Assembly: GCA_017470005.1 (NCBI GenBank)
Contig: JAFUFH010000080.1
Location: forward strand, 555 to 64,554
Direction of reading: 5' to 3'
DNA from: Bacilli bacterium
GTDB lineage: Bacteria; Bacillota_I; Bacilli_A; RFN20; CAG-288
Length of the DNA: 64,000 nucleotides
The notes under the pieces are model-generated. The model saw only the letters and a list, made by a program, of their open reading frames with translations, ran no database searches and was not told where the DNA came from. Position numbers and translations under genes: made by a program. Positions 28,475-37,058 of this stretch are shown piece after piece (the first letter of the stretch is position 1; every line of letters begins with the position of its first letter).

Positions 28475-30679
28475 ATGAAAAGTAAATTTTTGATGCTACT
28501 TCCTATGTTGCTCACTTCTTGCCTAGTCGGTTGCGATTCGAAAGAGAGCGTTTCAATCTCTTATGAAGGAGAATCTAAATCTGTTTTATTTGCGACAGAA
28601 ACTTTAAGAACTAATGTAGAAAATTCTTCTTCTTACAAGATTGGTGATGGCGGATACAAGATCATCTTTAAAGACATCGATGAATCTTTAGGTTATGAAA
28701 CTTATAGACTTGATGTCGATAATAAAACCATATCTATCACCGCAGGTGATGAGACTGGTTTGATGTATGGTGGTTTAGATGTTGCTGACCGTATTGAAAT
28801 TGGTCAAGCTTTATCTGAATTAAATACACTCACTGTCTCTCCTTCTTTAGATAATCGTGGCTTAAAATTCAATATTCCTTTAGATATGAGAACCCCTTCT
28901 TACACTGATGGTGGTGATTCTGGTCAGAGCAATATTGAATCTATGTGGGATATCAATTTCTGGGCACAGGAATTTGATATGATGGCTCTCAATAGATATA
29001 ACACTTTATCTATTTGGAGTTTAAATCCATTCCCTTCTATGGTGAAACTTGATGATTATCCTGATGTCGCCTTAGAGGATGTATGGAGAACTAAATTGTA
29101 TTTTGACTCTTCCTACAATGGTACTGGTTCAGATTTAGTTAGAGATGAACACTGGGTTGAAGGTAGTTATGATATCGTCAAAAAGATCACAATTGAAGAA
29201 AAGATTGCTTTTTGGAAAGATGTCATGGCCATGGCTCATGCAAGAGGTGTGAAATTCTATATCTATACATGGAATATCTATACCTTTGGTGAACATGGTA
29301 AATATGGTATTGATTGTTCTCAAGATAATCCTGTCACAAAAGATTATTACAAGAAATCAGTACAAGCACTTGAGGAAACTTATCCTGATTTAGATGGTAT
29401 TGGTATTGGTGCTGGTGAGAACATGAAAGTTTCTGAATCTGGTGGAGATTCCTCCTCTGGTGGTGCAGGTACTGGTGAAGAAGAAAATGAAATCTGGTTA
29501 CATGACACCTATGGTGAAGGTATTAAAGATGCCCTTGCTAAAGATCCTGATAGAGAATTTGAAGTCATCCACAGAATGCATTTTGCGGATGGTGCTTCTT
29601 TAGCTAAGATCTGGGGCGATTTACCTTGTAAATTCAATCTCTCTGATAAATATTCTATCGCTCATATGTATTCTGTTGATAAACCTGGATTTATCAAAGG
29701 AACACTTGATTCTATGACCGCTGATCAAAGTTTGTGGTTAGAGCTTAGAAATGATGATGCTTTCTTCTTAAGATGGGGTGGAACAGATTTTGCTAGAAAA
29801 CTTGTCTCTCAAATGCCTAAAGATAAAGCCACTGGCTTCTTAATGGGTAGTGACGGTTATGTCCAAGGTAGAGAATTCACGTCTAAGATTGAGGAATTCA
29901 AAGGACAACATTTCATGGAAAAGCATTGGTATAACTATATGTTATTCGGGCGCCTTGCTTACCAAAATGATATTACCAATGACTTCTTTAAAGCTAAATT
30001 AAAAGCACATTATAAGAATGTTGATGCTAAAGCGGTAGAAACTCTCTTTGATACTATGAATACCGCTGGTGAAATCTTAACCAATTCTAATATGTTATTC
30101 TTCGTTTCTACTGACTCCTGGTATCCTGAAGGAAACTGGACCAATAAGAATACATTCGGTTATGTTGGTATTAAGAGATTAATCAACGCTAGAAATGTCC
30201 ATGAATATGGAGATGTCACCTCTATTCCTGATTATTGTTTATCTGTTGAAAACAATGAACAGATCAAAACCACTCGTTCTCCTTTAGATATCATCACCGC
30301 TTTAAATACTAAAGCGGATGCTGTCTTTGCTGCAAAAGATGCATTAGATAGCCATGTTGGTGAAAATAAAGAATTTGAACAGATGGTATTAGACCAGTAC
30401 GCATTTGCCAATTTAGGTAAATATTATGCTACTAAATATGAAGCTACTATCGCTTTGCGTTTCTACAATGATTTAAAAGATGATGCAAAGAAGACAGAAG
30501 CGGTTAATAAAGCAACTGAAGCGAACAATTATTGGAAAGAATATGCTTCTAGCATGATTGCTAGATACACTGATAAAGTTCGTCTTTCTAGAGCAGGTGA
30601 ATATTCCTTCTCCGAAGTCACTGCTGAAGTGGAAAAGGATATCGCTGTCTGTCAAAAGTGGAACCCTAGAGCTTACTAA
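28475..30679 (+). CDS. Surface lipoprotein, putative glycoside hydrolase (paralogue P3)
   Basis: Lipobox LVGC. Colinear with P1 and P2 (TAGDETGLMYGGLDVADRIE, EKDIAVCQKWNPRAY). Carries an extra Ser/Gly insert, SESGGDSSSGGAGTGEEENE. Confidence 0.6.
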   Translation: MKSKFLMLLPMLLTSCLVGCDSKESVSISYEGESKSVLFATETLRTNVENSSSYKIGDGGYKIIFKDIDESLGYETYRLDVDNKTISITAGDETGLMYGGLDVADRIEIGQALSELNTLTVSPSLDNRGLKFNIPLDMRTPSYTDGGDSGQSNIESMWDINFWAQEFDMMALNRYNTLSIWSLNPFPSMVKLDDYPDVALEDVWRTKLYFDSSYNGTGSDLVRDEHWVEGSYDIVKKITIEEKIAFWKDVMAMAHARGVKFYIYTWNIYTFGEHGKYGIDCSQDNPVTKDYYKKSVQALEETYPDLDGIGIGAGENMKVSESGGDSSSGGAGTGEEENEIWLHDTYGEGIKDALAKDPDREFEVIHRMHFADGASLAKIWGDLPCKFNLSDKYSIAHMYSVDKPGFIKGTLDSMTADQSLWLELRNDDAFFLRWGGTDFARKLVSQMPKDKATGFLMGSDGYVQGREFTSKIEEFKGQHFMEKHWYNYMLFGRLAYQNDITNDFFKAKLKAHYKNVDAKAVETLFDTMNTAGEILTNSNMLFFVSTDSWYPEGNWTNKNTFGYVGIKRLINARNVHEYGDVTSIPDYCLSVENNEQIKTTRSPLDIITALNTKADAVFAAKDALDSHVGENKEFEQMVLDQYAFANLGKYYATKYEATIALRFYNDLKDDAKKTEAVNKATEANNYWKEYASSMIARYTDKVRLSRAGEYSFSEVTAEVEKDIAVCQKWNPRAY

Positions 30680-30680
30680 A

Positions 30681-30868
30681 ATTCAGACGCAAGAAGAATC
30701 CGCTAAGTTGATGCAGAAAGCAGTGGAAGCATATCAGGCTTATGCTACTAGTTATTCTTCTCGTTATGTGGATTTACGTCTTGGTAGAGCAGGTGATTTC
30801 CACATCAATGATGTCTTCAAGATGATATTTCTACCATCAACAAGTGGACACCAAGAAACTACAACTAA
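30681..30868 (+). pseudogene. Frameshifted C-terminal relic of a fourth P-family paralogue
   Basis: Directly after the P3 stop one frame reads ...AVEAYQAYATSYSSRYVDLRLGRAGDFHINDVFK. After a 1-nt slip the next frame reads DDISTINKWTPRNYN*. This matches the family C-terminus (RLSRAGEYSF...EKDIAVCQKWNPRAY). Confidence 0.65.
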
Positions 30869-30881
30869 TCTAAACCAAATG

Positions 30882-30912
30882 AAAGAGCAACCCGCAAGGA
30901 TTGCTCTTTTTT
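30882..30912 (+). terminator. Terminator after the P3/relic unit
   Basis: AAAGAGCAA-CCCGCAAGGA-TTGCTCTTT followed by TTT. Confidence 0.7.
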
Positions 30913-30928
30913 AACGAAATCATCTATT

Positions 30929-30957
30929 AAAAACTGTGGCAGGAAGACCTACCACAG
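30929..30957 (-). terminator. Terminator after the GH3 gene
   Basis: CTGTGGCAGG-AAGA-CCTACCACAG hairpin followed by TTTTT on the minus strand. Confidence 0.7.
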
Positions 30958-30965
30958 TAATTTTA

Positions 30966-33900
30966 CTATTCAGTAACTTTTTCAGGCTCTTGCTTTCTTT
31001 CTAAGATGATAAAGGTTACAGTCAAACCGATACCAGCAGCGAAAGCAACTCCAGAGACGATGTCAAGAGTGTTGATGATGGTAACCCAGATAGGAGTGAT
31101 AGGAACAATGATGGAGTTAGAGGAGATACCATTCATAACGTTGGAGTGGACAGCGGTGTAAAGAATTCTGTGTAAGGATTCTCTCATTGCCCAAGCAACA
31201 TCAGCGTGATTCGTCTTAAGAGGATCGAAGTTACCAGCCGCTTTGACACCACCATCGACAAGGTTTGTGCCAGCGATAAGCATTGCAGCAGCATTCATGT
31301 AAGGAGTTGCACTGCCGTGCCACATATCCGTGACAGCGATACCGTGCATACCGAATTCATTTCTTAAGCATTCAGTCATCAAGCCTTTGCACATACCAGA
31401 CCAGTAAAGACCGATTCTGTTGAAGGAAACCATGACACCAGAAGCGCCGTTGAAGACGATAGTTTCTTCACCGCGTTTGTATTCTTTGCCTTCCATGGTG
31501 ATAGGAAGTTCGAAAGCTCTTAAGTAGATTTCTCTCATGGTCTGCTCATTGAGCCAGACAGAGACACCACGTCTCATATCTTCTTGTTCGTTTAAGACAC
31601 AGTGTTTGTTGTAGACATATAAGCCCTTGTATTCCATACCGTTACATTCATAACCGCAGATTGTACCGGATAAGAATCCATCTTCAGAATAATATTCGAA
31701 GTTACGGCCATCATAAGGAGTTCTCTGGATGTTAGAACCAGGGCCATATAAACCAGCATAGCCGGCCCAAAGAGCATCTTCACCGATCATTTCACCGACT
31801 TCAAACATCAAGTCGACATCGAAAGTAGCAGCTAAGATACCAGAGGAAGGATAACAAGTAGGAGTCAAATCTTTATCAGGATCGTCATTGAGATAGGCTA
31901 AGCCTTGTTCTAATGTTTTGCCATAACTATATTTTTCGGTTAAACCAGTAGGGCCATTGTGGTCAGTACATTCGGGTTTACCAATAGAAGTGATGGCGGC
32001 AGAGTGTCTCATACCCTTACCGATGGTTTCAACCATTTCATCCCAGGTTATGGCATCAAGGACAGCATCCCAGTTAGGATCATCATAGGCGATCTTATTA
32101 CCTTCAGAGTCAACTCTTAAGTTGATAAGCTGTAAGGTAGGAGCAGCACCCATAGTAGGATAAGCGGAATTATCTTCAGGTAATTTAACTTCACCCTGGA
32201 CACCTAATGCCTTTTGATCAGCATCGATGTTAGCGTTCCAAGGTAATTTGACATTGTCATCCCAATCAGTATGGACAGTGTGTGCCCAATCGTTACGGGT
32301 TAAGTATTCGACTTTCTTGCCGCTGTTATTCGCATATTTATTCCAATCAGCGCCATCGAATTGGTTGGTGATAGCATAATTTGTGGCTTCAGAAGTAGAA
32401 TATAATTCTTTATTGAAATCAAGATTTTCTTGATGGACTAAGGCTTTATTACCTTCGGCATCCATCTTACCGGCGGAGGTGGTAGGAGTGACATTCTTGG
32501 CGGCTAAGATGTTGTTGATAGCATCATGAGAATCATGGCCGATTGCTAAGAAGTAATCACCAGCAGTTCTGACATAAGTCTTAGCATTGTTGGAGTCATA
32601 GGAAGCAAATTGTCTTTCCTTGACTTCGATGGTGAGTTCTTCAGTGCGATCTTTAGCTAATTCATTGGTCTTAGCGAAACCGACTAATTCCACAGAAGCG
32701 GCTTCAATACCGTTTTCGATATTGTATTCGCCATAGGGTTTTTGTAAGTAAACTTGAACAGTTTCTCTACCAGCAACTTCACCGACATTTTTGACGGTGA
32801 CTTTGATTTCATAGACAGTGTTTTTACCATTGCCTTTCTTGTTGACCTTCATGTTGGAATATTCGAAGTTGGTGTAGGATAAACCGTGACCGAAAGGATA
32901 AGTGACAACCTTAGAATAATTGAATGTTCCTACATTGTTTCTACCATTGACGAAGTCTTCGTATCTAGTTTCAGTATATTTATAACCGAGATAGATACCT
33001 TCTTGATAGACATTGTAGACTCTGTTTTGGTTATAAGAACCATCATCTAAATAACCATCAGTAGCACCATCATAGATAGAGCAACCAAAGTTAGGAAGTG
33101 CAGGGTTAGCGTGGTGATCATTCCAGAATGTGGTAGATAATTTACCAGAAGGATTGACATTACCAGCTAAGACTTCAGCAACACCATATAAACCTGCAGT
33201 ACCAGGAGTACCAATCCATAAAGCGGCATCGATACCATATTTTGCGTCATTTAAGAAGTCAGCTTGAATTTGGTTAGCACCGTTAAGTAAGACAACGATG
33301 GATTTGAATGTGCCGGCATCTTTTTCAGCCTTTAAGCCTTCTAAGAGGGCTTTTTCCTTGACAGAAAGCTGTAAATAATCGCCATCAGTAGCATCATTTA
33401 AAGAACCATCAGCATCATCTAATTGAGAGACAGAGTGACCTCTACGAGGCATATCACTACCTTCACCACCAACACGGCTTAATACTACGATAGCAGCATC
33501 ACCATAAGAAGCGAAGGAAGAACCAGTATTAGATTTGACTTCAGCCCAAGGAGCATCATTGATCAATTTGACACCTGTGACACCTTGACCAGTGTAACCT
33601 TCTTTACGTTTGTAAGTATCTTTATTGGCAAGATACCAATCCCAAACAGTGGGGTTAACACTCATTAAATTATTTCTTTCAAATGCCTGTTTGAAGGTAG
33701 GAGCTGTGGAAGTATCCACTTTACCAGAACCAGTACCACCATAGACAGGGTCAACACTACCAATAGAGAAGAGAGAAACTTTTCTGTTGCCTTCTTTTAA
33801 AGGAAGAGCGTTGTTTTCATTCTTTAAGAGAACACTACCTTCAGCTTCAACTCTTTCATTTAAAGCTTGACCAGCCGCTCTTAAATCTTTAATAAATTTG

Positions 33901-34499
33901 TATTTGGATTTGTAATATTGAGTATCGCCGACTTCGGCGCCATCAATTTGAACAACTTTAGAAGAAGAAGTTTTTAAAAATTTGTTGATTGCAGTTGCGT
34001 TTTCGTTGGCGATAGTACCACCAGCCATACCGATGGAAAGAAGGACAACACCAGCAGAAGTTAATGCTTTGGCAGGAGTGGCCATCTTTTTGGTAGGGAA
34101 TAAGAAGCAGAGAGTGACAACACCTAAGATGATATTGAGTAAATAGCAGATGAAAAGGATGATGTAGGGAGCTTCAAACTGAGAGTCAATACTGACAATG
34201 GCGGCAGAGAGATAAGTGTTTGTCTTATAAATGAAGAAGACAAAGCCTAATAAAGAGCCTAACAATAAGGGGAAACCTGCAAATTTACCCTTGAAGAGGA
34301 CAAGGAAGACACCAGTGAGAACAAGTGTACCTGCAATAGCATAGAAGCTAGGCCAGGACATATTGTCCATCAAGGTCTTTCCACCCGCATAGGCGGCGGG
34401 ATAAAGGATTAAGATAACAACCATTAAAAGCATGGCTACACATGCTAAAATGGCACCGATACCTCTTTCCTTAAAGAATTGAGTTACCTTTTTTTTCAT
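30966..34499 (-). CDS. Membrane-anchored GH3 glycosidase with circularly permuted domain order
   Basis: About 5 N-terminal TM helices and one C-terminal TM helix. The GH3 C-domain comes first (AIVVLSRVGGEGSDMPRR), then an Fn3-like domain (FGHGLSYTNFEYS, VKNVGEVAGRETVQVYLQ). The catalytic barrel comes last (KHCVLNEQE, GVMVSFNRIG, GIAVTDMWHG). Start set at MKKKVTQ (34499). Confidence 0.8.
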   Translation of the reverse strand: MKKKVTQFFKERGIGAILACVAMLLMVVILILYPAAYAGGKTLMDNMSWPSFYAIAGTLVLTGVFLVLFKGKFAGFPLLLGSLLGFVFFIYKTNTYLSAAIVSIDSQFEAPYIILFICYLLNIILGVVTLCFLFPTKKMATPAKALTSAGVVLLSIGMAGGTIANENATAINKFLKTSSSKVVQIDGAEVGDTQYYKSKYKFIKDLRAAGQALNERVEAEGSVLLKNENNALPLKEGNRKVSLFSIGSVDPVYGGTGSGKVDTSTAPTFKQAFERNNLMSVNPTVWDWYLANKDTYKRKEGYTGQGVTGVKLINDAPWAEVKSNTGSSFASYGDAAIVVLSRVGGEGSDMPRRGHSVSQLDDADGSLNDATDGDYLQLSVKEKALLEGLKAEKDAGTFKSIVVLLNGANQIQADFLNDAKYGIDAALWIGTPGTAGLYGVAEVLAGNVNPSGKLSTTFWNDHHANPALPNFGCSIYDGATDGYLDDGSYNQNRVYNVYQEGIYLGYKYTETRYEDFVNGRNNVGTFNYSKVVTYPFGHGLSYTNFEYSNMKVNKKGNGKNTVYEIKVTVKNVGEVAGRETVQVYLQKPYGEYNIENGIEAASVELVGFAKTNELAKDRTEELTIEVKERQFASYDSNNAKTYVRTAGDYFLAIGHDSHDAINNILAAKNVTPTTSAGKMDAEGNKALVHQENLDFNKELYSTSEATNYAITNQFDGADWNKYANNSGKKVEYLTRNDWAHTVHTDWDDNVKLPWNANIDADQKALGVQGEVKLPEDNSAYPTMGAAPTLQLINLRVDSEGNKIAYDDPNWDAVLDAITWDEMVETIGKGMRHSAAITSIGKPECTDHNGPTGLTEKYSYGKTLEQGLAYLNDDPDKDLTPTCYPSSGILAATFDVDLMFEVGEMIGEDALWAGYAGLYGPGSNIQRTPYDGRNFEYYSEDGFLSGTICGYECNGMEYKGLYVYNKHCVLNEQEDMRRGVSVWLNEQTMREIYLRAFELPITMEGKEYKRGEETIVFNGASGVMVSFNRIGLYWSGMCKGLMTECLRNEFGMHGIAVTDMWHGSATPYMNAAAMLIAGTNLVDGGVKAAGNFDPLKTNHADVAWAMRESLHRILYTAVHSNVMNGISSNSIIVPITPIWVTIINTLDIVSGVAFAAGIGLTVTFIILERKQEPEKVTE

Positions 34500-34587
34500 A
34501 AAGAAAATCCTTTCTGTTTTTGCGTTGAATAACAATCGCTTTGACAATGATATTTTCTCTTTTGTTCAAAGATAAAGCTAAAAGCTT

Positions 34588-34617
34588 TTGCGTGAAGTCG
34601 TTAAGTCATTTCGTGAA
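34588..34617 (-). promoter_or_regulatory. LytTR-type direct-repeat pair upstream of the GH3 gene
   Basis: Minus strand reads TTCACGAAA (34609-34617), 12 nt, TTCACGCAA (34588-34596). Confidence 0.6.
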
Positions 34618-34927
34618 AGTAAATATATGTTTTAGACAAATGAAAACAATTTGGTTTTTAATCAAATAAAATCTTGTTAACTAAAATAATGTTAAAGAAA
34701 AGTAAAAGATGTGAAACCCATAGGTTTTGGAGTTATCATAATTGTATATTACGAAAATGTTTACAAGAAAATTTTTTTGATAAGTCTTTTTTGTAATAAA
34801 CAACTTTTATTCAACAAAAGAAAAACGCCACTAGTTTTAGGGACGTTTTATCATTATAAAATTCTCAAAGAAACAGATTAGAGGTCTCTACAAGTCCACT
34901 TGTTGATGGTGTTAAGGTCTTTCTTAA

Positions 34928-35278
34928 CCTCAAAAAGAAAATCTTCCTTATAAAGGAGATACAGTAATTGGTAATGATGTTTGGATTGGCCAAAATGTCA
35001 CATTCCTACCAGGAGTTCATGTTGGAGACGGATGTATTATTGGCGCGAATGCTATAGTAGCGTCTAATATTCCTCCTTATTCAGTTGTTGTTGGTAATCC
35101 TGCGAAAGTGATCAGAAAAAGATTTGATGATGAAATGATTCAATTATTAGAAAAACTTCAGTGGTGGAATCTACCAATTAATAAAATACAAAAAATCATT
35201 CCTCTTCTTTCTAATGGCAATATCAAATATGTAAAAGAGGAAATGAAACACATTATTGATGGAGACTCACATATTTAA
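34928..35278 (+). pseudogene. Truncated Vat/CatB-type xenobiotic (streptogramin A-like) acetyltransferase, C-terminal half only
   Basis: Not in the ORF track because it has no start codon. The frame opens after a TAA at 34925 and reads PQKENLPYKGDTVIGNDVWIGQNVTFLPGVHVGDGCIIGANAIVASNIPPYSVVVGNPAKVIRKRFDDEMIQLLEKLQWWNLPINKIQ...*. This is the hexapeptide-repeat region and C-terminal tail of Vat-family enzymes. Confidence 0.7.
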
Positions 35279-35434
35279 GTTATCATGTAATTTACAGAGT
35301 TAATTTTCACTCTTTAAATTGGTATCATTTGATATACAGAAAGACACCTTGAAGTCAACACTGGGGCATCCCAGTGTTTTTTCTTTTGCTTCGCTCTTCT
35401 TTCCTAAAATAGACAAATAAGATATAATGAAACT

Positions 35435-36319
35435 ATGACAATCGATCAATTGATTTATTTCGTATCGGTCGTAAAGAATAACTCTATCACGAAGACAAGT
35501 GAGGAGTTATATGTTTCTCAACCTGCAGTTTCTCTTGCGATTAAAGCACTAGAGAAAGAATTAGGGGTTCCTCTTTTTATTCGAAACAATAATAAACTCT
35601 ATCTCACCGAAGGGGGCAAGCATTTGGTTGAACTTGCTAAACCCATCTTAGAGAAATTTGAATCTATCCCTCAGGATATGGCGGATTATATCGCTACCCA
35701 TTCCTCTATCCGTGTGGGTATTCCACCCGTCATTGGTGCTTTTATGTTCCCAGCTGTCTTTGATTCTTTCTCTCACCAATATCCTTCTATCCAATTGGAT
35801 TTGAAAGAATTGAATTCTCAAGATAATCAAAAGGCAGCAGTCTTAGAAGAGATCGATGTCTGTCTTACCATCATTTATAAAAATAAAGTGAATGCGGGAT
35901 TAGATTATCTCAAGATTGGAGAAACGGAATTATTCTTCTGTGTGAGAAAAGATCACCCCTTCGCCAATAAAAAGGCCGTCTCCATCAAAGAGATTGGAAA
36001 CACACCGATTCTTTTGTTACAACCAGGTTCTCTCCAATATCAAATCGTCATGGATTTCTATCAGCAAAACAATCTCACTCCTAACATCAAGCTTTGCACA
36101 AACCAGCTCACCACCATTCAACAGATGATGCAATACGGAAATGTAGGTGCCTTCCTATTCAGTAACATCGTTTCATCCTTAGATAACATCGTCTCGATTC
36201 CTTTCTCCGTTCCGGTTCGCTTTGATGTCATCATGGCCTGGAAAAAGAGCAAGGAAAGCAATGAGATGATGAAAAAATTCATCTCTTTCATACAAAAAGC
36301 ATTTCCAAAAAAACATTAG
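35435..36319 (+). CDS. LysR-family transcriptional regulator
   Basis: N-terminal wHTH ITKTSEELYVSQPAVSLAIKALEKELGVPLF, followed by a LysR substrate-binding domain of the expected length. Confidence 0.85.
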   Translation: MTIDQLIYFVSVVKNNSITKTSEELYVSQPAVSLAIKALEKELGVPLFIRNNNKLYLTEGGKHLVELAKPILEKFESIPQDMADYIATHSSIRVGIPPVIGAFMFPAVFDSFSHQYPSIQLDLKELNSQDNQKAAVLEEIDVCLTIIYKNKVNAGLDYLKIGETELFFCVRKDHPFANKKAVSIKEIGNTPILLLQPGSLQYQIVMDFYQQNNLTPNIKLCTNQLTTIQQMMQYGNVGAFLFSNIVSSLDNIVSIPFSVPVRFDVIMAWKKSKESNEMMKKFISFIQKAFPKKH

Positions 36320-36341
36320 AAAAGAGCCAGCAAACTGGCTC

Positions 36342-37058
36342 TTATTTCGTTTTGGTAAAATCGGATAAAGTGATGACACCCACGAGTGGATCTTCTCTGT
36401 TTCCGTTCTTGGTAACCAGTAGCATCACCAAGTCTTTCTCGTGTTCTCTCTTATGAAGGTAAGAATAGACACTTTTGACTTTTGCGTTAGGTGCCACATA
36501 TAAGAAGGCATCATTTTTATGCTGGCTTGTAGGTGTAAATTCTTGGAAATCTAAGATGGTAAGCTCACTCTTTTCGGGAAGTTTGTGATAGGAGCTAAGA
36601 TAATCGAATATCGTGCTTCTTGAGAATACACCTAGGACTTTATTATTGTGATCTAAGATAGGAAGATGAGACAAAGAGTGTTCTTCCATCTTTTTCATCG
36701 CACTATGTAGTGTTTCCTCTTTTCTTAAGGAAATGATGGTGTGAGACATGATGTCTGAACAAGTCAAAGGTTGTTTGATCTCTTTGACGATGTTTTGGAA
36801 TTTCTTTAAGAATTCATCGCTAGGGTAAGCGATGTTATTCTCGTGAGAGAGCATGTTTCGTAGCTCACTTGCAGAGCGCAAGAAATCATAGATTTCGTAA
36901 TCCGAAATGACAGGATCAAGTTTTTGATAATAAACTTGATTGAGAGCTTTCGAGAAGGTGACGTGTTCTTCCTCTCTTGCTTTGACAAGAGTTTTTAACT
37001 CACTCTCTAAGGCTTTAAATGCCGATAGAAAAGCGTCTTGCTTTTCTTGTTCTGTCAT
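36342..37058 (-). CDS. CBS-pair protein with an N-terminal helical domain carrying an Rx4H (HEPN-like) motif
   Basis: The C-terminal ~130 aa look like tandem CBS domains (HSLSHLPILDHNNKVLGVFS, LVGVITLSDF). The N-terminal ~95 aa are helical and contain ELRNMLSHE. Confidence 0.55.
   Translation of the reverse strand: MTEQEKQDAFLSAFKALESELKTLVKAREEEHVTFSKALNQVYYQKLDPVISDYEIYDFLRSASELRNMLSHENNIAYPSDEFLKKFQNIVKEIKQPLTCSDIMSHTIISLRKEETLHSAMKKMEEHSLSHLPILDHNNKVLGVFSRSTIFDYLSSYHKLPEKSELTILDFQEFTPTSQHKNDAFLYVAPNAKVKSVYSYLHKREHEKDLVMLLVTKNGNREDPLVGVITLSDFTKTK

Noticed and set aside
30558-30914. 118-aa ORF overlapping the end of P3
   Set aside because: Not a real gene. Its first third is an alternative frame of P3. 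The rest is the frameshifted relic of a fourth paralogue, reported above as a pseudogene.
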